64,000 nt of DNA from Octopus sinensis (GCF_006345805.1 NC_043005.1:38750001-38814000); one strand, 5' to 3'. Counted from the first letter of the stretch, positions 12,861 through 27,431 are shown. The notes: a model not told the origin generated them from the letters alone. Numbers and translations are program-made.

Positions 12861-13189
12861 CTCACTCATTGGATGTGCTAATAGCATTAGCTATTTGATT
12901 TATAATCAATCGCCGGTCATCCATCGACATGTGTTGAAAACAATCAATGCTTTCCTCGGTGGTAGCAGTTGCAGGCAATCCAAACATTGGATCATCTTCA
13001 CAATTTTCTCTTCTCCTCCTAAACTTTTGCACTGTTGATAAAGCTGGAGTGCCGTCCTCTAATGTAGCAATCATGTTAGCCTGTTTTTCTTTGAGGGCTA
13101 AACTCTTTTTCTGCAGGTGCTAAATTTTGTCCATTTTCAAGAGAAGTCGCTATTCCTTAATTTTGAATTGTTCCTTGAGCATGGAACTG

Positions 13190-13488
13190 TACATAAAAAG
13201 TTACCCTCCGCGGCACAAGTCCGGGCAAACTTGTTTTTATGGAAGACCAGCAGTCACCCATGCATACCAGCCTCTCTTCTCTGCACCCCCAATATCATTC
13301 AAAGGAGTGACAAAGGCTGATACAGCTTGGCACCAGCGACGTCGTAACTTACTTCTGCAGTTAAGTGAACTGGAGCAACGTAAATACAGTGTTTTGCTCA
13401 AGAACACAGTTCACAGCCCGATCCTCAAATCGAACTCACTACTCCATGATTGTGAACCCGAGGCTTTAACCACAGATTCATGTACCTT
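13190..13488 (-). mobile_element. Degraded tRNA-derived SINE
   Basis: It shares the ..ctggagcaacg..gttttgctcaagaacac..tcgaac..taacca block with 15590-15800. Confidence 0.55.
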
Positions 13489-14036
13489 AAGTGAATATAA
13501 TTTTACATGAATATCTATGCAAATATAGTAAGTGCATAACACGTTTATACCTTTAGTTTGATACCCATATGAATAACTAATCTGATTGCTCAATAAGTAA
13601 AACTATTTCCATATTTTTTATACAAAATAATGGTATTCAATTATACTTTACATGTTTGCGAATTACATGCTAAATAGTCGTTGGAACTTGTTATACACAA
13701 TCACTACTTTAAAAGATGTTTCAACCAACGTACATGTCTGCCGCATTAGTTGACAGCAGCTTGTCAGAGTATAATATGGAAATCTCAGCAAAGCAGAAGA
13801 CAATAACAATTATTGAAAACTGAGAGACAGAGAAAAAGGTGAAATGAAAAGGAAAGTAACTACAAATAAATAAATAGATAAATAAATAAAATAAATAAAG
13901 CAGTTCAGCAAAAAGAAGTGGAGGATTTTGTGGTGTAATATAACTCATGTCTTTTGATGAAATTACAATCAACACAAAGAATGCTTTTTGAAATGAATGT
14001 ATAAACGTTTCTGTTATTCGAAAACCACATATATAT

Positions 14037-14119
<83 letters not shown>

Positions 14120-14471
14120 TATATAGGAGTGCGTGTGCATGTGTGTGTATGGACGTGTATGTGTGTGTGCTAAATTTTGATCTGAGATCCTAATGCGTTG
14201 TAAAATATATATAGATATATATATTTTACATAGTACAAACTTTATCTGATATATAGCTGAATACGTTGGTTAGAATAGATGGTGTATTTATTATGTATAT
14301 AAAAAAGATGGCAGTTTATTTGTGTTTAGACATTGACTGATCACAGCACTGCCCCTACTCTACCTCAACTTCTCCTGTGTATATACATACATACACATAC
14401 ATACACACACATATATACATATGTGTATACATACATATAAACATATATATACTATATACATATATATATAT

Positions 14472-14535
<64 letters not shown>

Positions 14536-14611
14536 ATATACATATACAAAATAATGATAGGTTGGCCATTGATTAAATTTTTTTCTCAAAAAAAAAATAT
14601 GCTACATTAGT

Positions 14612-14661
<50 letters not shown>

Positions 14662-15589
14662 CACACACTCACACATACATTGTACACTATGTATGTGCAT
14701 ATATATGCATGGATATATGTGTGTGAAATTTTTTTATGGTTATTTCTTTGAATCAGTTAACAGCTAACAAACTTTATAGCAAAACTAATATGAAAGAATT
14801 GATAAAAAATTTCTTATATCGTCTACCCTTTTATGACCATCACCGCCATTATTATCCTTGATACACTGTTACTGTAAACTTTCTGACCATTGCCCTTGTA
14901 TTATTTCTCCCTCTTTCTTTGTCGTTTTCTCTTATGTCAGCAAATATGTGATCAGTCACGCAAGCAACGAGAAATATAATATTATACATGCATTTAATGC
15001 TACCATATGCAAATACTCAGGCAAATACACGCATATATCTATATATGCCCTTAATCGATTAATTCAAGCTTGACAAAGTTGTGTACGAAACATCAAGTTT
15101 ATTTTTTACTGTTTACATTCAAGACAAGCAGAATAAGCACATTCCATGTCTTATAGAGTAATAAACTGTGCTCATTAAATCCTTCGTGTGAAAACCATTT
15201 CTAGTCTTATACTGTAGAGTGTCTCTTGAACAATTTATTCCATGAGTGTTTTCTTTCAGAATATTTGGTACATTTCAAAAATATAGAGGAAGACAAGTAA
15301 TTTCTGAATGTAACATGCACCGAATTTATTTGTGTGTATATTTGATTTTGACTGAAAATAACTGTGGGGCAAAGCTAAAACTACGAAGGGACAAATTTGT
15401 CCAGAATTTAACACTAATTTACAGGTGCATTGTATAATATAAGTACGAGTTATGCACGAGTAAATACGTTCATTTGATATGAAACCTTTATAACAAAACT
15501 CTCAGTCATCAGCAGTAGCAGCAGCAGCAGCAGCAGCAGCAATAGCAGCAGAAATAACATCATCATCATCGTCAACTTCTGAACTGCCT

Positions 15590-15800
15590 GAAGTTCTAGG
15601 GCTCATAGGGTCAGTCACAACATTGACCGTGAACGGGACATTAGTCTGTCACAAGGTCAGTTATTTACAGCTGCGTAGACTGTAGCATCGCGAAATGCAT
15701 TGTTTTACTCAAGAACATAATGCAGCGCCAGAGCCGGGAATCGAAACCACAACATTGCGATCTTGAGCGAAACACCCTAACAACTAAGCCACGCACCTTC
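15590..15800 (-). mobile_element. tRNA-derived SINE
   Basis: The minus-strand head gaaggtgcgtggcttagttgttagg..ggtttcgattcccgg has A-box and B-box-like motifs. Confidence 0.7.
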
Positions 15801-16446
15801 ACTATTGAAATAAATTTTATCCAGAAGCAAACTTGATTTAACCTCCTTTAGAAATTAATTGAGTCAGTCTCCCATTTCTGGATACTTCTGAACCAATGAT
15901 TGGCGTGAAGAAAATCTTTACATAACGACGTCATTGTTCACAAACACATTACATAAATATTAACGTGATGAAAAGAAATGGTTTCGATTCAACGACAGAG
16001 AAATATCTAATAGAAATGGGGAACATTTTCCGATCATTCTAGTTTTTCAGATGGATTTTGAGAAGTCAATGTGTTGCTCTATTGTTATATAATGCAACAA
16101 TTATGAATAATAATACAATATATTATATAACCGTTATTATATAATAACACAATTATATATAGTAATAATATATTACATAACCATTGTTATTTAATGGTAC
16201 AGCAGAATTCAATGCATCTGTACCATTAATGGCCTTCCCTTCTTAATCATCAGCAAATTAAATTATCTACTGACAAAATGAAACTCTATTTTCTTGAAAC
16301 TGTTCACAGAGAGATCGATTCTCTTTTTTGATATATTTTTGTATTGTAGCGTATGTGTATGCGCGCGTGTATGTGTGTGTGTGTGTGTGTGTGTGAGTGA
16401 TTCTAACAAGAAATATTATTTATTAATTGCGCTCTTATTTAATTTG

Positions 16447-16497
<51 letters not shown>

Positions 16498-16499
16498 GG

Positions 16500-16829
16500 G
16501 TCATCATAGCCATGTGTTGAGAGGGATTCTTTGGGGTTTGAATAATTCACCTCTGGAAACATGGGTGTTTTATTCAACATCCTTAAACAACCCTTATTCA
16601 GGGACCTTTTGAGCGGGATGGGCTACTCAACCAGAAGAAAATTCTAACTGGACCCCACCTGCAAGGTCACGTGCTGTTTATATTGATATGAGATCACCAT
16701 ATCGCGCACATGTGGTTGTGATGCATGTGCCTGGTGTACCTTTATCAGACGGGTAGTCGTGATGGGTATATTGGGCTTCGTATGTTTTACCCCAGTGTCA
16801 CTTTGATGGCATGAACTGCTCTCTCACTC
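16500..16829 (+). mobile_element. Non-coding interspersed repeat embedded in (AAT)n (5'-truncated copy)
   Basis: It is highly similar to 33720-34048 and is flanked on both sides by (aat)n. Confidence 0.8.
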
Positions 16830-16894
<65 letters not shown>

Positions 16895-16932
16895 AACATA
16901 ATAATAATAATAATAATAATAATGATAATAAC

Positions 16933-16964
<32 letters not shown>

Positions 16965-16971
16965 TAATAAC

Positions 16972-17006
<35 letters not shown>

Positions 17007-17013
17007 TAATAAC

Positions 17014-17048
<35 letters not shown>

Positions 17049-17055
17049 TAATAAC

Positions 17056-17089
<34 letters not shown>

Positions 17090-17134
17090 TAATAACAATA
17101 ATAATAATAATAATAAAATAATAATGATAATAAC

Positions 17135-17168
<34 letters not shown>

Positions 17169-17241
17169 TAATAACAATAATAATATAATAATAATATAAT
17201 AATAATGATAATAACAATAATAATAATAATAATAATAATAA
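16830..17241. repeat. Long (AAT)n compound microsatellite
   Basis: About 410 bp of aat with periodic gat/aac variants. Confidence 0.97.
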
Positions 17242-17843
17242 CTGGTGGGAACGCAAACCACCTCCAGTGCTTGAAAATGCTCACATCTCGCTCCTCTGGA
17301 ACTTCACCATTCAAACTGACAGAAAGATAGATGCGAATAGGCCACACATAATATTGAAAGACTTCAGCCAAAAATCATGCCTCCTCATTGATAATGTTGT
17401 CCCAATTGATATAAACGTATCTGTCAAGACCTACCAAAAACTGAGCAAATATAAAGATCTTGAAATAGAAATTAGCAAAATGTGGAACCTGAATACTAAA
17501 ACAGTACCTGTTGTCATAGGTGCCCTGGAAATGATATCAAAACAGGCTAATTGCTACCTAGCTGAGATACCAGGAACCCCCAAAATGGCAGAAATTCAAA
17601 AGATAGTGCTCATGGGAACTGCTCCTATCCTACACAAAATACTTTCTATATAATCTCAAGTTTTAAAGCAAACATAATTTTCTAATTGTTTCTCAAACAT
17701 TCTCCAAAACAACACTATGCACAAAACCAAATATATGGCACCTAGGCATAACACCAGCATGAACTTCCAGCTCGTTGTCTCTTGAGGTCTCTGGGTGAGA
17801 CTTGGCGCCAACTTGCACAAATGTAAAGCAGAAGTCAAACACA

Positions 17844-17845
<2 letters not shown>
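17242..17845 (+). mobile_element. R4/Dong-like LINE 3' fragment (restriction-like endonuclease plus 3' UTR)
   Basis: ORF 17267-17653 contains LLWNFTIQTDRKIDANRPHIIL..LLID..KLSKYKDLEIEISKMW..VPVVIGAL..IQKIVLMGT. It is flanked by (AAT)n, the known Dong target. Confidence 0.88.
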
Positions 17846-17896
<51 letters not shown>

Positions 17897-17976
17897 GTTT
17901 CATTTATTTACCACCAAGGCGAAAAATGAGAGAACAGTAGTAGTGGTAGTAGTAGTAGTAGTAGTAGGTAGTAGTA

Positions 17977-18019
<43 letters not shown>

Positions 18020-18171
18020 TTTCTACTGTAGCCACAAGTCCTGAAATTCTGAGGGAGGGTGTGAGAGATAATAATATCGACTCCAGTACTATTATGACCG
18101 TAAAAAAATAGATGATCATTGCTTTAGATATCAATCAACTCAACTAGTATTGACCTGGGGTTAAACAACAC

Positions 18172-18545
18172 TAGTTTTTGTCATATTGTGGTTAAGGAGA
18201 GGCTTAGTCGAACAAATGGGCGCCGACCTTTATGATTTGTTAAGGACTTGTACTTTATCTATCGGTTCTCTTTTGCTGAGCCGCCAAGTTACAGAAAGGT
18301 TAATAAAGCAACACCAATTGTCAAGCAGTGGCGGAGGTTGGCGATAACTACGGACATGAAAACACACGTTGCTAAACACATACACAACAAGTTTCCACAC
18401 AGTCTCCGACTATCAAATTCACTCACAAGACATTTGTCGGCCCGATACTATAGTAGAAATCATTTGCTCACTATGCTGCGCAGTTGAACTGAACCCGGTA
18501 CCACGTGGTTGCAAGACTTGTTAACCACACAGCCATGACTGCACC
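18172..18545 (-). mobile_element. tRNA-derived SINE (family b, CORE-like)
   Basis: It is homologous to 55866-56225, with head tggctgtgtggttaa..gggttcagttca and a cggttc..aaaagagaaccgataga block. Confidence 0.7.
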
Positions 18546-19340
18546 AATGTTCTTATATGTTAGAACAAGAATTTACTTTGGCGGACAGCTCTAAATATTC
18601 ATAGTGCTCTTTAGTGAGTAAAATCAAATTGAATCTCCAATTCATGTATTTGATTTGAATGTAAGCGTGTACCGTAATGTCTGTCTTACTGTAACAATAC
18701 CGTAAAAGATATACGCTGTCGGTTCCTCAACGTAACCCTGTATGTTTATGTTAAGTATACATCGTCTGACACTCTAATAGTTTAATAACGGTTGGTTAGT
18801 GATTCAGTAGATTTATTCTTATTTTATTGAGGCTATTTGTACGGTTTTCTAAATATTTCACCTGATTCAGAAGTTTATTGTTGACAGAATTGCTTCAACT
18901 ATCACCCACGAGGCAAAATTTATTGTATGTTAATTCTTTTTTCTGAATCTATAAGATTACACTTGTTAATCATGAGCTCATCAAATTCTCTATAGAGAAA
19001 TCTCTATACTTCTGAAACTGCTCATAGGGAGGTTGAATTTATGGTATCTGATTTACTCTGTTCATTTATTGTAGTGTGGTGTATGTAATTTTAACATGAA
19101 ATAGTATTTCTTAATTACGGTTTTGTTCATCTTTAAATAATTCAAATTTAGGTGAATATTTTTGAAGAATCATGATTAATTTTATGAAGTATAGGAAAAA
19201 TGCTCATTTTTTTTTTAAAAAATAGAGATGGTGGAGAAAGAGAAAGACAAAGAAAGAAAGAGAGGGAAATAAAGGCTGCCATGCATATAGATCTCAAATC
19301 ATGCAAATATGTTCGTCTGTCTGGGTGTCTATAATATATA

Positions 19341-19639
19341 TCACGTGACCAACCAGTCCATCAGATGTAGTTACACATCGCTGGTCACAATGTGTTCGCA
19401 TTATTTTAGCCTTCGAATTACGCCACCCCGCTGGCTAAGCGAGCAGGCCAACAGAAGAAAGAGTGGAGAAAGAGTGGTGAAAGGGTACAGCAGGGATCAC
19501 ACCACCCCCCTACCGGAGCCTCGTGGAGCTATTAGGTGTGTTCGCTCAATAAACACTCACAACGCCCGGTCTGGGAATCGAAACCGCAATCCTACGACCG
19601 CGAGTCCTCCGCCCTAACCACTGGGCCATTGCGCCTCCA
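19341..19639 (-). mobile_element. Young tRNA-derived SINE
   Basis: The minus strand reads tggaggcgcaaTGGCCCAGTGGttagg..GGTTTCGATTCCc, with clear Pol III A and B boxes. Confidence 0.85.
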
Positions 19640-19648
19640 CACACACAC

Positions 19649-19705
<57 letters not shown>

Positions 19706-20074
19706 TTATATCTGACTATTATTTTTTATTGACATCATATTAACTACATACTAATCATTTAAATAACAAATTAAGTGTCTATATATATAAAGTGAGGGAT
19801 ATATACATACAATATATGTATATGTGTGTGTGTATATATACACATACATATGTGCATATATATATATTTATACGTATATATGGGCTTGCGTACATACACC
19901 TAACGTTTCATTAATCCCTTTCCTTGCTATATATGTTGACCATTCAATCTCCTCCAATGCATCTTTCACACTGATACTCACACAGACACACACACACACA
20001 GAATTTCGTGTTCTTTCTATTCACATATTGATTCCCTTAATATTTTACTGTTCTCCAGAAAACAGTTTACCATT

Positions 20075-20107
<33 letters not shown>

Positions 20108-20138
20108 GTCTGTCTTTCTCTCTCTCTCTCTCTCTCTG

Positions 20139-20181
<43 letters not shown>

Positions 20182-20425
20182 CTCTTTCTTTTCCTTCCCA
20201 CTCTCTACCATTCATACCAATAATCTTTTTTACTAACCCTTATTTTACTTTCTCCCTCTCTATTCCTCCTTCTCACTCGGCATTTATGTATTACATACAT
20301 CACCCTCATGAAATGTATATATATAGATATATATAAAAAAAAAAAAATATATATATATATACACACACATATACATATATATATATATATATAACATACA
20401 TATATACATATATATATATACATAT

Positions 20426-20459
<34 letters not shown>

Positions 20460-20477
20460 CATACATATAACATATAT

Positions 20478-20510
<33 letters not shown>

Positions 20511-20681
20511 TACATACATATATACATATATAATATATATATATATATATAATATATATATTATATATATATATACATACATATATACATATATATGCAT
20601 GAATGTATGTGCATAAATATATACGCATGTATGTATGTGCATATATATATACATATATGTATGTATGTATATATATGTATT

Positions 20682-20721
<40 letters not shown>

Positions 20722-21908
20722 TTGTTCTCTCTGAGTTTTTCCCTACTGTTTCTCCTCCATTTCTTTCCCCTCATTGGTAAAAGAATTGAAATAGAATGAA
20801 AACAAAATCAGAGATATTCAGTAATGACCGGCTTTTTATATTTGATATTCTTCGGTTTTTATTGTTGTTTTATTCTACCATTTTGTCTCCACACAAAAAG
20901 AAATCTTCTCCATCTTCCCTTTTTACACAATAATGCTGATCATTCTCAATACATTGTCTGCTTTCTTCAATTTATGCTTCACGAAACTACTACAGTCTCG
21001 TGGCAGATGTTAGGAATTTTTCTATATAGGCCTTCTGTATTACATTTTATTTCTTTCTATGGTCTTTCTTCGTAGTCTTTCTTCTCCTTCTACTCTTCGA
21101 TTTTCTTGTTTTCGAAACCTCTCCCACACGCATGCCTTACGGCGAAGATGTCACTACATCACAATTCGCACGCATCCACGCACGCACACACTAACACCCA
21201 AACAGAAATGCACACATACTTACTAGCACACGGTGTGGTAATAGGAATGAATAAATAAAAAATTAAACACATACATAAATAGACGCCATTTTTTTATTAG
21301 AAACGACTCTCGTTATTGTTGGTAGGCTTGTTGCAATTTTTCTAATATAATTTTCTATGTATTTTTGTATTCCCTCTTAATTCATTCCATATTCATGCAA
21401 AATTCATTTGTCATTTCGCTAGCCCAATCCCCTAATTCACTTCAGTGCTATATCACGCAAAAGCGCTATAAATAACACTGCAAACACGGTTGCGATGAAG
21501 GACAACCAAATGGCCCTAGAATAGAAGGCTAGATTTACTATGTTTAATTTAACTAAAATCCAAAACGCGGATTCACTTTTCATCTCAGGCAAAAGCGCAA
21601 TTAGTTTTCTAACCTTTGCTCTTAGCGCCCTCTTTTCTTTTCAGTTTGATCATCGGAATACCGTTAAGTCATTTGGCTACACTTTGAAGCAAGAAATAGA
21701 GCCAATATAATAATGAGAACATCATTACACACCAACATCTCTATGTCTCTATTTGTATGTGTATGGATGGGTATATGTCTGTGTGTGAGTATGTAGGCGT
21801 GCGTTTGTGTGTGTGTTTGCATTAATGTATGTATAAATCTGTTTATTTACCTATCTATCTTGTTATCTATCTGCCTGCCTCTCTATCTGGTTATCTCACC
21901 CACTCACT

Positions 21909-21940
<32 letters not shown>

Positions 21941-21960
21941 GTCTGTCTCTCTCTCTCTCT

Positions 21961-22063
<103 letters not shown>

Positions 22064-22463
22064 ATATATACACATGTATATACAAATCTGTATACGTATA
22101 CAAACACACACATGTATGGACATGTATATGTATAAGTATATGCACGCACACATATAGTATATGTTTATATATATATAGATGTATGTATATGTGTGTGCGT
22201 GTGTGTGTGTGTGTGTGTGCATGTGTGTATGTGTGTTTGAGTGTGTGTATCTGTGTGTATGTTGTGTATGTATGACGTATTTACAAACGTCAGTATGTAT
22301 GTTAAGGTAAGTATGTTTACTGCGACAAAAAAAACCAGAAAGCACTTAAACTGAAATCAAGAATTCTCTAACGAGTCAGGACACAACAAAATATCATATA
22401 TTTATTATAGCTAAAAACGTTGACTAATAAATTAAGCTTCGACTTCCGGCTGGTTACAATAAT

Positions 22464-22877
22464 GGGAATTTTTCGGTTTGAACGGCAGTTTTTCCTAGCG
22501 GTGTCATATGAAATTGTCACCCATAATTATGACCCTAGTATCGATCTGCTGCATTTCAATCTATTTTAGGGTTAGGGTTAGCGTTTGGGGTGGGGGGAAG
22601 GGTATCTTTTTTTCTTCACAAATGTAAATAAACCCAATCTTTTTCTTCTACGAGGGACATATTTATACGGCACAGAATGTTTTTTACCTCAAATACGTCA
22701 GTGATTGGTTGAAATTAAAGTAAAAAAACAACAAATATCTTACAAACTATAGAATTTTCTCAATAAAGCCAAGAGAAAAATATGTTTTATAAACACATTC
22801 TACCAGTATACGAAGTTTAAAAATTTTAGTTACCTAGAAATTATGTTAAAAACTGCCGTTCAAACCGAAAAGATCCC
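22464..22877. mobile_element. MITE with ~30-bp terminal inverted repeats
   Basis: The left end is gggaatttttcggtttgaacggcagttttt and the right end is aaaaactgccgttcaaaccgaaaagatccc. It has no ORF and carries an internal ttagggttagggttag. Confidence 0.88.
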
Positions 22878-22991
22878 AGTAAAGTAACAGGAGAATCAAA
22901 CAAACGTTATGCATGCTGTGTATATGTTTTTTCCCTTTTTCCCGGAAAACTATAAGCGTTTATAGGTAGGAGTTACCGCAATTTGGAATTA

Positions 22992-23383
22992 TCTATATAT
23001 ATAAAACTGTAGTTGTGTGAGTGTCTGTCCCCTTCGATTTAGATTCCTAACTACTCCCACATTTTGCGGTGCAGTTTAACCAAAACTGGGTATCTTATAG
23101 TCGTGATTCATATCGAGCCCTTCTGGGTATTAGCGCGCGTCTACGATGAGTCTACGATTTTAAAAATAATTTGCCATCATTTTTTTCCATTTTCATACAT
23201 ATTTTTTAAAGGGAAGTAACTCTCTAAAAATGTCTACGATGAGTCAACGATTTAAAAAAAAAATTACCATCATATTTTTTCCATTTTTAATGCATTTGTT
23301 TGCTATTTTTGGCTATAACTCTCTAAAAATGCTGTATAGTTATTTCCCTTACAAATCCGAGCAACGCCGGGCGATACTGCTAG
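22992..23383 (+). mobile_element. Non-autonomous Helitron
   Basis: Ends are a|TCtatatatataaaac and ccgagcaacgccgggcgatactgCTAG|t. Confidence 0.92.
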
Positions 23384-24002
23384 TTTTATATATAAAAGAT
23401 GTTTTGAATAAAAACGTGGCTGAGCTTTGGGTCAATTAGAATATTGGAAAAATTTAACAAGACGTTCGAATCAGCCGGAACGATTTAAGAATAATTATCA
23501 AGTTGTCGTTTTGATTCCCGCAGTTTACCGAGCATATCACGATTTAGTATCGGCTGGAATATATCAGCACAGATAACTGAACAGTCTTTTACTTAAACTA
23601 TGAACAAGAGCTTCGACTCTTCTTAAATTCATTAGTGCGTGTTGCTTCTGGCTGACGTGACATAATGATGACGAAACACCGATGTTTCAAAATTCATTGT
23701 AGAAATGATTCGACTGTGTTATAAAAATATATTCGTCGTAAACGCGCAGTTGCTCGCCTATGATTGGCATGTACACGTTCGAAATAAATATACAAGTCAT
23801 CGTCGATAATAACAGCTATTTAAAGGAAAATATGATTTTATGTATGTATGTATGTATGCATGTATGTATGTATGTATGTATGTATATGTAGGCTCGAAAC
23901 GTAAAATACTTGTTTTATTTATATTCCTGAGTGTCATACTAATACAATTGTTTGTTTGTATTCCACCTGCCTCGTCTTTTGTTTATTTTCATAAAGCTTC
24001 CC

Positions 24003-24061
<59 letters not shown>

Positions 24062-24062
<1 letters not shown>

Positions 24063-24359
24063 TAGCAGTATCGCCCGGCGTTGCTCAGGTTTGTAAAGGA
24101 AATAACTATATAAGCATTTTTAGAGAGTTACTTCCATTATTTAATAGCGAAAAAAATGCATTGAAATGGAGAAAAATTATGGTAAATTTTTTTAAAATCG
24201 TAGACTCATCGTAGACGCGCGCTAATACCCAGAAGGGCTCGATATGAATCACGACTATAAGATAACCGGTTTTGGTTAAACTGCACCGCAAAGTGTGGGA
24301 GTAGTTAGGAATCTAAATCGTAGGAGACAGACACACAACCTTACTTTTATATATAAAGA
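24062..24359 (-). mobile_element. Non-autonomous Helitron (same family as 22992-23383, inverted)
   Basis: The minus strand reads a|TCtttatatataaaag..gcaacgccgggcgatactgCTAG|t. Its body matches the 23040-23190 segment. Confidence 0.92.
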
Positions 24360-24361
24360 TA

Positions 24362-24660
24362 TGATACAGAATGGGACAAGAACGCAAAACATCCGGACAG
24401 CTAGGTGATACAAAAAGAGACAACAAGACATCTAGAAAGATGATACAAAGAAAACAAGGACGGATCATTCGAAGCCCTCTATCCTCAGTCAAGCACCTGA
24501 TTATCCTCGGAATTTCGGCTGATTATTCTTGAGATTGCTCCAAACTGGCCAGCCCCAAGGAAAACTAAGCTAAGAGCATTAGATTCCTTGACAGAAAGCA
24601 GCGAATGTATACAAAAACAAGGACGGAAAAACGGACAAAGTTACACAAATATAAATACAA
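24362..24660 (-). mobile_element. Interspersed repeat (family shared with 36540-36812)
   Basis: It is a reverse-complement match to 36540-36812 (aaggaatctaatgctcttagctta..ccttggggctgg..gcgttcttgtccca). Confidence 0.75.
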
Positions 24661-25014
24661 TAATAAATACAATAAAAATGTATGTATGTATATGTATCGT
24701 TTTCGTATTTGGTTTTTTACAAGATTGTTTATATGAATTCATGTGTTGAAGCATATTTTGTTGTATCTGGGGAGAATCATTCTGTTTTAATTCCTTATTA
24801 ATTAACACAGTCACCGATTCAATTTCCACACCTTTTCGTTGCTTCTTGCAACCTCTTCAATAGATGTTGACTCTGATCGTTAACGGAGTTGCGTTCTTTT
24901 TGCTTGTTTGTTGGTTTGTTTGTTTGTGCGCCTAGGTGTACGTCAGTGTCCATGTGTATACAAATATGTATGTATGCGTGTGTGTGCGTGTATGCCTAGA
25001 TATATATATATATA

Positions 25015-25410
25015 CTAGCAGTATCGCCCGGCGTTGCTCAGGTTTGTAAGGGAAATAACTATAAAGCATTTTAGAGAGTTATAGCCAAAAAATAGCCAAA
25101 AAATGGAAAAAAAAATGATGGTAAATTTTTTTTTTGAGAGTAAGTAATAAAAGGTTTGAGTTTGCGTCCCCTAGACAGTCTGTTGGTTGTTTTTTTTTAT
25201 TTTTCTATCGACCCATGTCGAATTTATCGATTTTTTTCAGAACTGGGGGAACTTTTCAAAATTTTCGCTGCGTTAGTTTGAATTATGACATTGGGCTATG
25301 TGTGTGTCAAGTTTCATCAGAATCGGTTGAAAGCCGTGGTCAGGGTGAGGGTACGAGAAAACAGACAACAGAAACACGCACAGACAAACTGCCGTTTATA
25401 TAGAGAGAGA
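25015..25410 (-). mobile_element. Non-autonomous chimeric Helitron
   Basis: About 250 bp at the minus-strand 5' end are near-identical to 641-~890 of the autonomous element. About 120 bp at the 3' end match the 22992/24062 family, ending in CTAG|t. Confidence 0.93.
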
Positions 25411-25704
25411 TGTATGCATGTGTGTACGTTTCTATGTTTGTATTCTGCATATTCATGTACTTGTGTGTGCGCGTTTGTGTGTTTGTATGTTGTGTGTGTG
25501 TGTGTGTGTTTATTTGTGAATGTGTTTGTTTATTTGTGTGTATACCTCTGTCTCCATGTACATGCGTCTGTTATGCATATGTGTGTCTCCATATGATTCC
25601 TTGTTTATGTGTGTAGAGTGTGCGTGTGTGTTTGCTTGTCTGTCCGTATTACCTATGTACCTATTAATCTCCTTATCTGTCTGTTTGCCTACGTATCCAT
25701 TTAC

Positions 25705-25786
<82 letters not shown>

Positions 25787-25807
25787 CTCTATCTATCTCT
25801 CTATCTC

Positions 25808-26299
<492 letters not shown>

Positions 26300-26417
26300 T
26301 TGTAATCACTCCACTTTGTCGTATGGTTAACACCATATAGATGTCTGGTGCATCCAAGTTAAGTACCATATTCATGTGAATTCATTTGAACTCACTTGAA
26401 TCTTAATTGCTTAAACC

Positions 26418-26458
<41 letters not shown>

Positions 26459-26506
26459 CTTATGTATGCATCTATGTGTGTGTATACATATATGTGTATA
26501 TATATG

Positions 26507-26537
<31 letters not shown>

Positions 26538-26539
26538 GT

Positions 26540-26835
26540 AAACAAGGTAAACACGGAGTATCAAAGACAAACATCGGGTTGGCGCGCAACTCGTTCAAGG
26601 AAATATACACACATCTGTCGTCACTCAAGGAAAATAAAAAAAGACATGCGATATCCCTGTCCAGTATGTCTACATTGAAAGAAGGTGGAGCAAGCAACCT
26701 CTAGATAACATTGAGCATTATTACTAAAGCCAGAAAATACTGGAGATGGTGTAGAAAATGTGAGCTTTGCATTACTGAAAATCTAAACATCATCCAATCA
26801 AAAGATTGCATCTTACGCTCCGAGATATTAAAGCG
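26540..26835 (+). mobile_element. Penelope-like GIY-YIG endonuclease C-terminal remnant
   Basis: It reads IGLARNSFKEIYTHLSSLK..ISLS..SIITKARKY..RKCELCITENLNIIQ..RSEIL. This resembles the PLE endonuclease end (YIG..FKER..H..S; CxLCxxE; RSE). Confidence 0.75.
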
Positions 26836-27310
26836 GAACCACCACCCACTCCAACGATCCTATCAGGATAGATTTTTTTCTCTGAACGTGGCCATTAAAT
26901 ACATAGATCATACGAAATCCACACGTAGAAGTCACATGCCCTCATGATGAACTACCTCAACACACAAACATAAGATCATTACACATACCCAGGATATAAC
27001 ATAATATAAAACAAACTTATTATTCCGTGCAATTTTTTCTAAAATTCAAGTCCAAAGCCACCCTTGATTTCTTGTTTTGTAACCAAAAATTCACGCCAGG
27101 CATAATCGTGAATTCCCATGTTTTTTCGTGTTTTAATCTAAAATGGAGATGAACACCATTCCTCCATGTGATCGACTTGAAAAATCGTTAACATATGAAG
27201 ATACTTTCTAAGCATGAAACCAATGGTAGCCATACATAAATAAAGAATCCTTATTCACCAAAGCAGTGTTGAACACTCACTCTCATGTTCGATATTTAAG
27301 TATATGTACA

Positions 27311-27343
<33 letters not shown>

Positions 27344-27351
27344 TTATGTGA

Positions 27352-27431
<80 letters not shown>

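Noticed and set aside
19560-19639. tRNA gene
   Set aside because: The A and B boxes belong to a SINE head that continues into a SINE body, and there is no complete cloverleaf.
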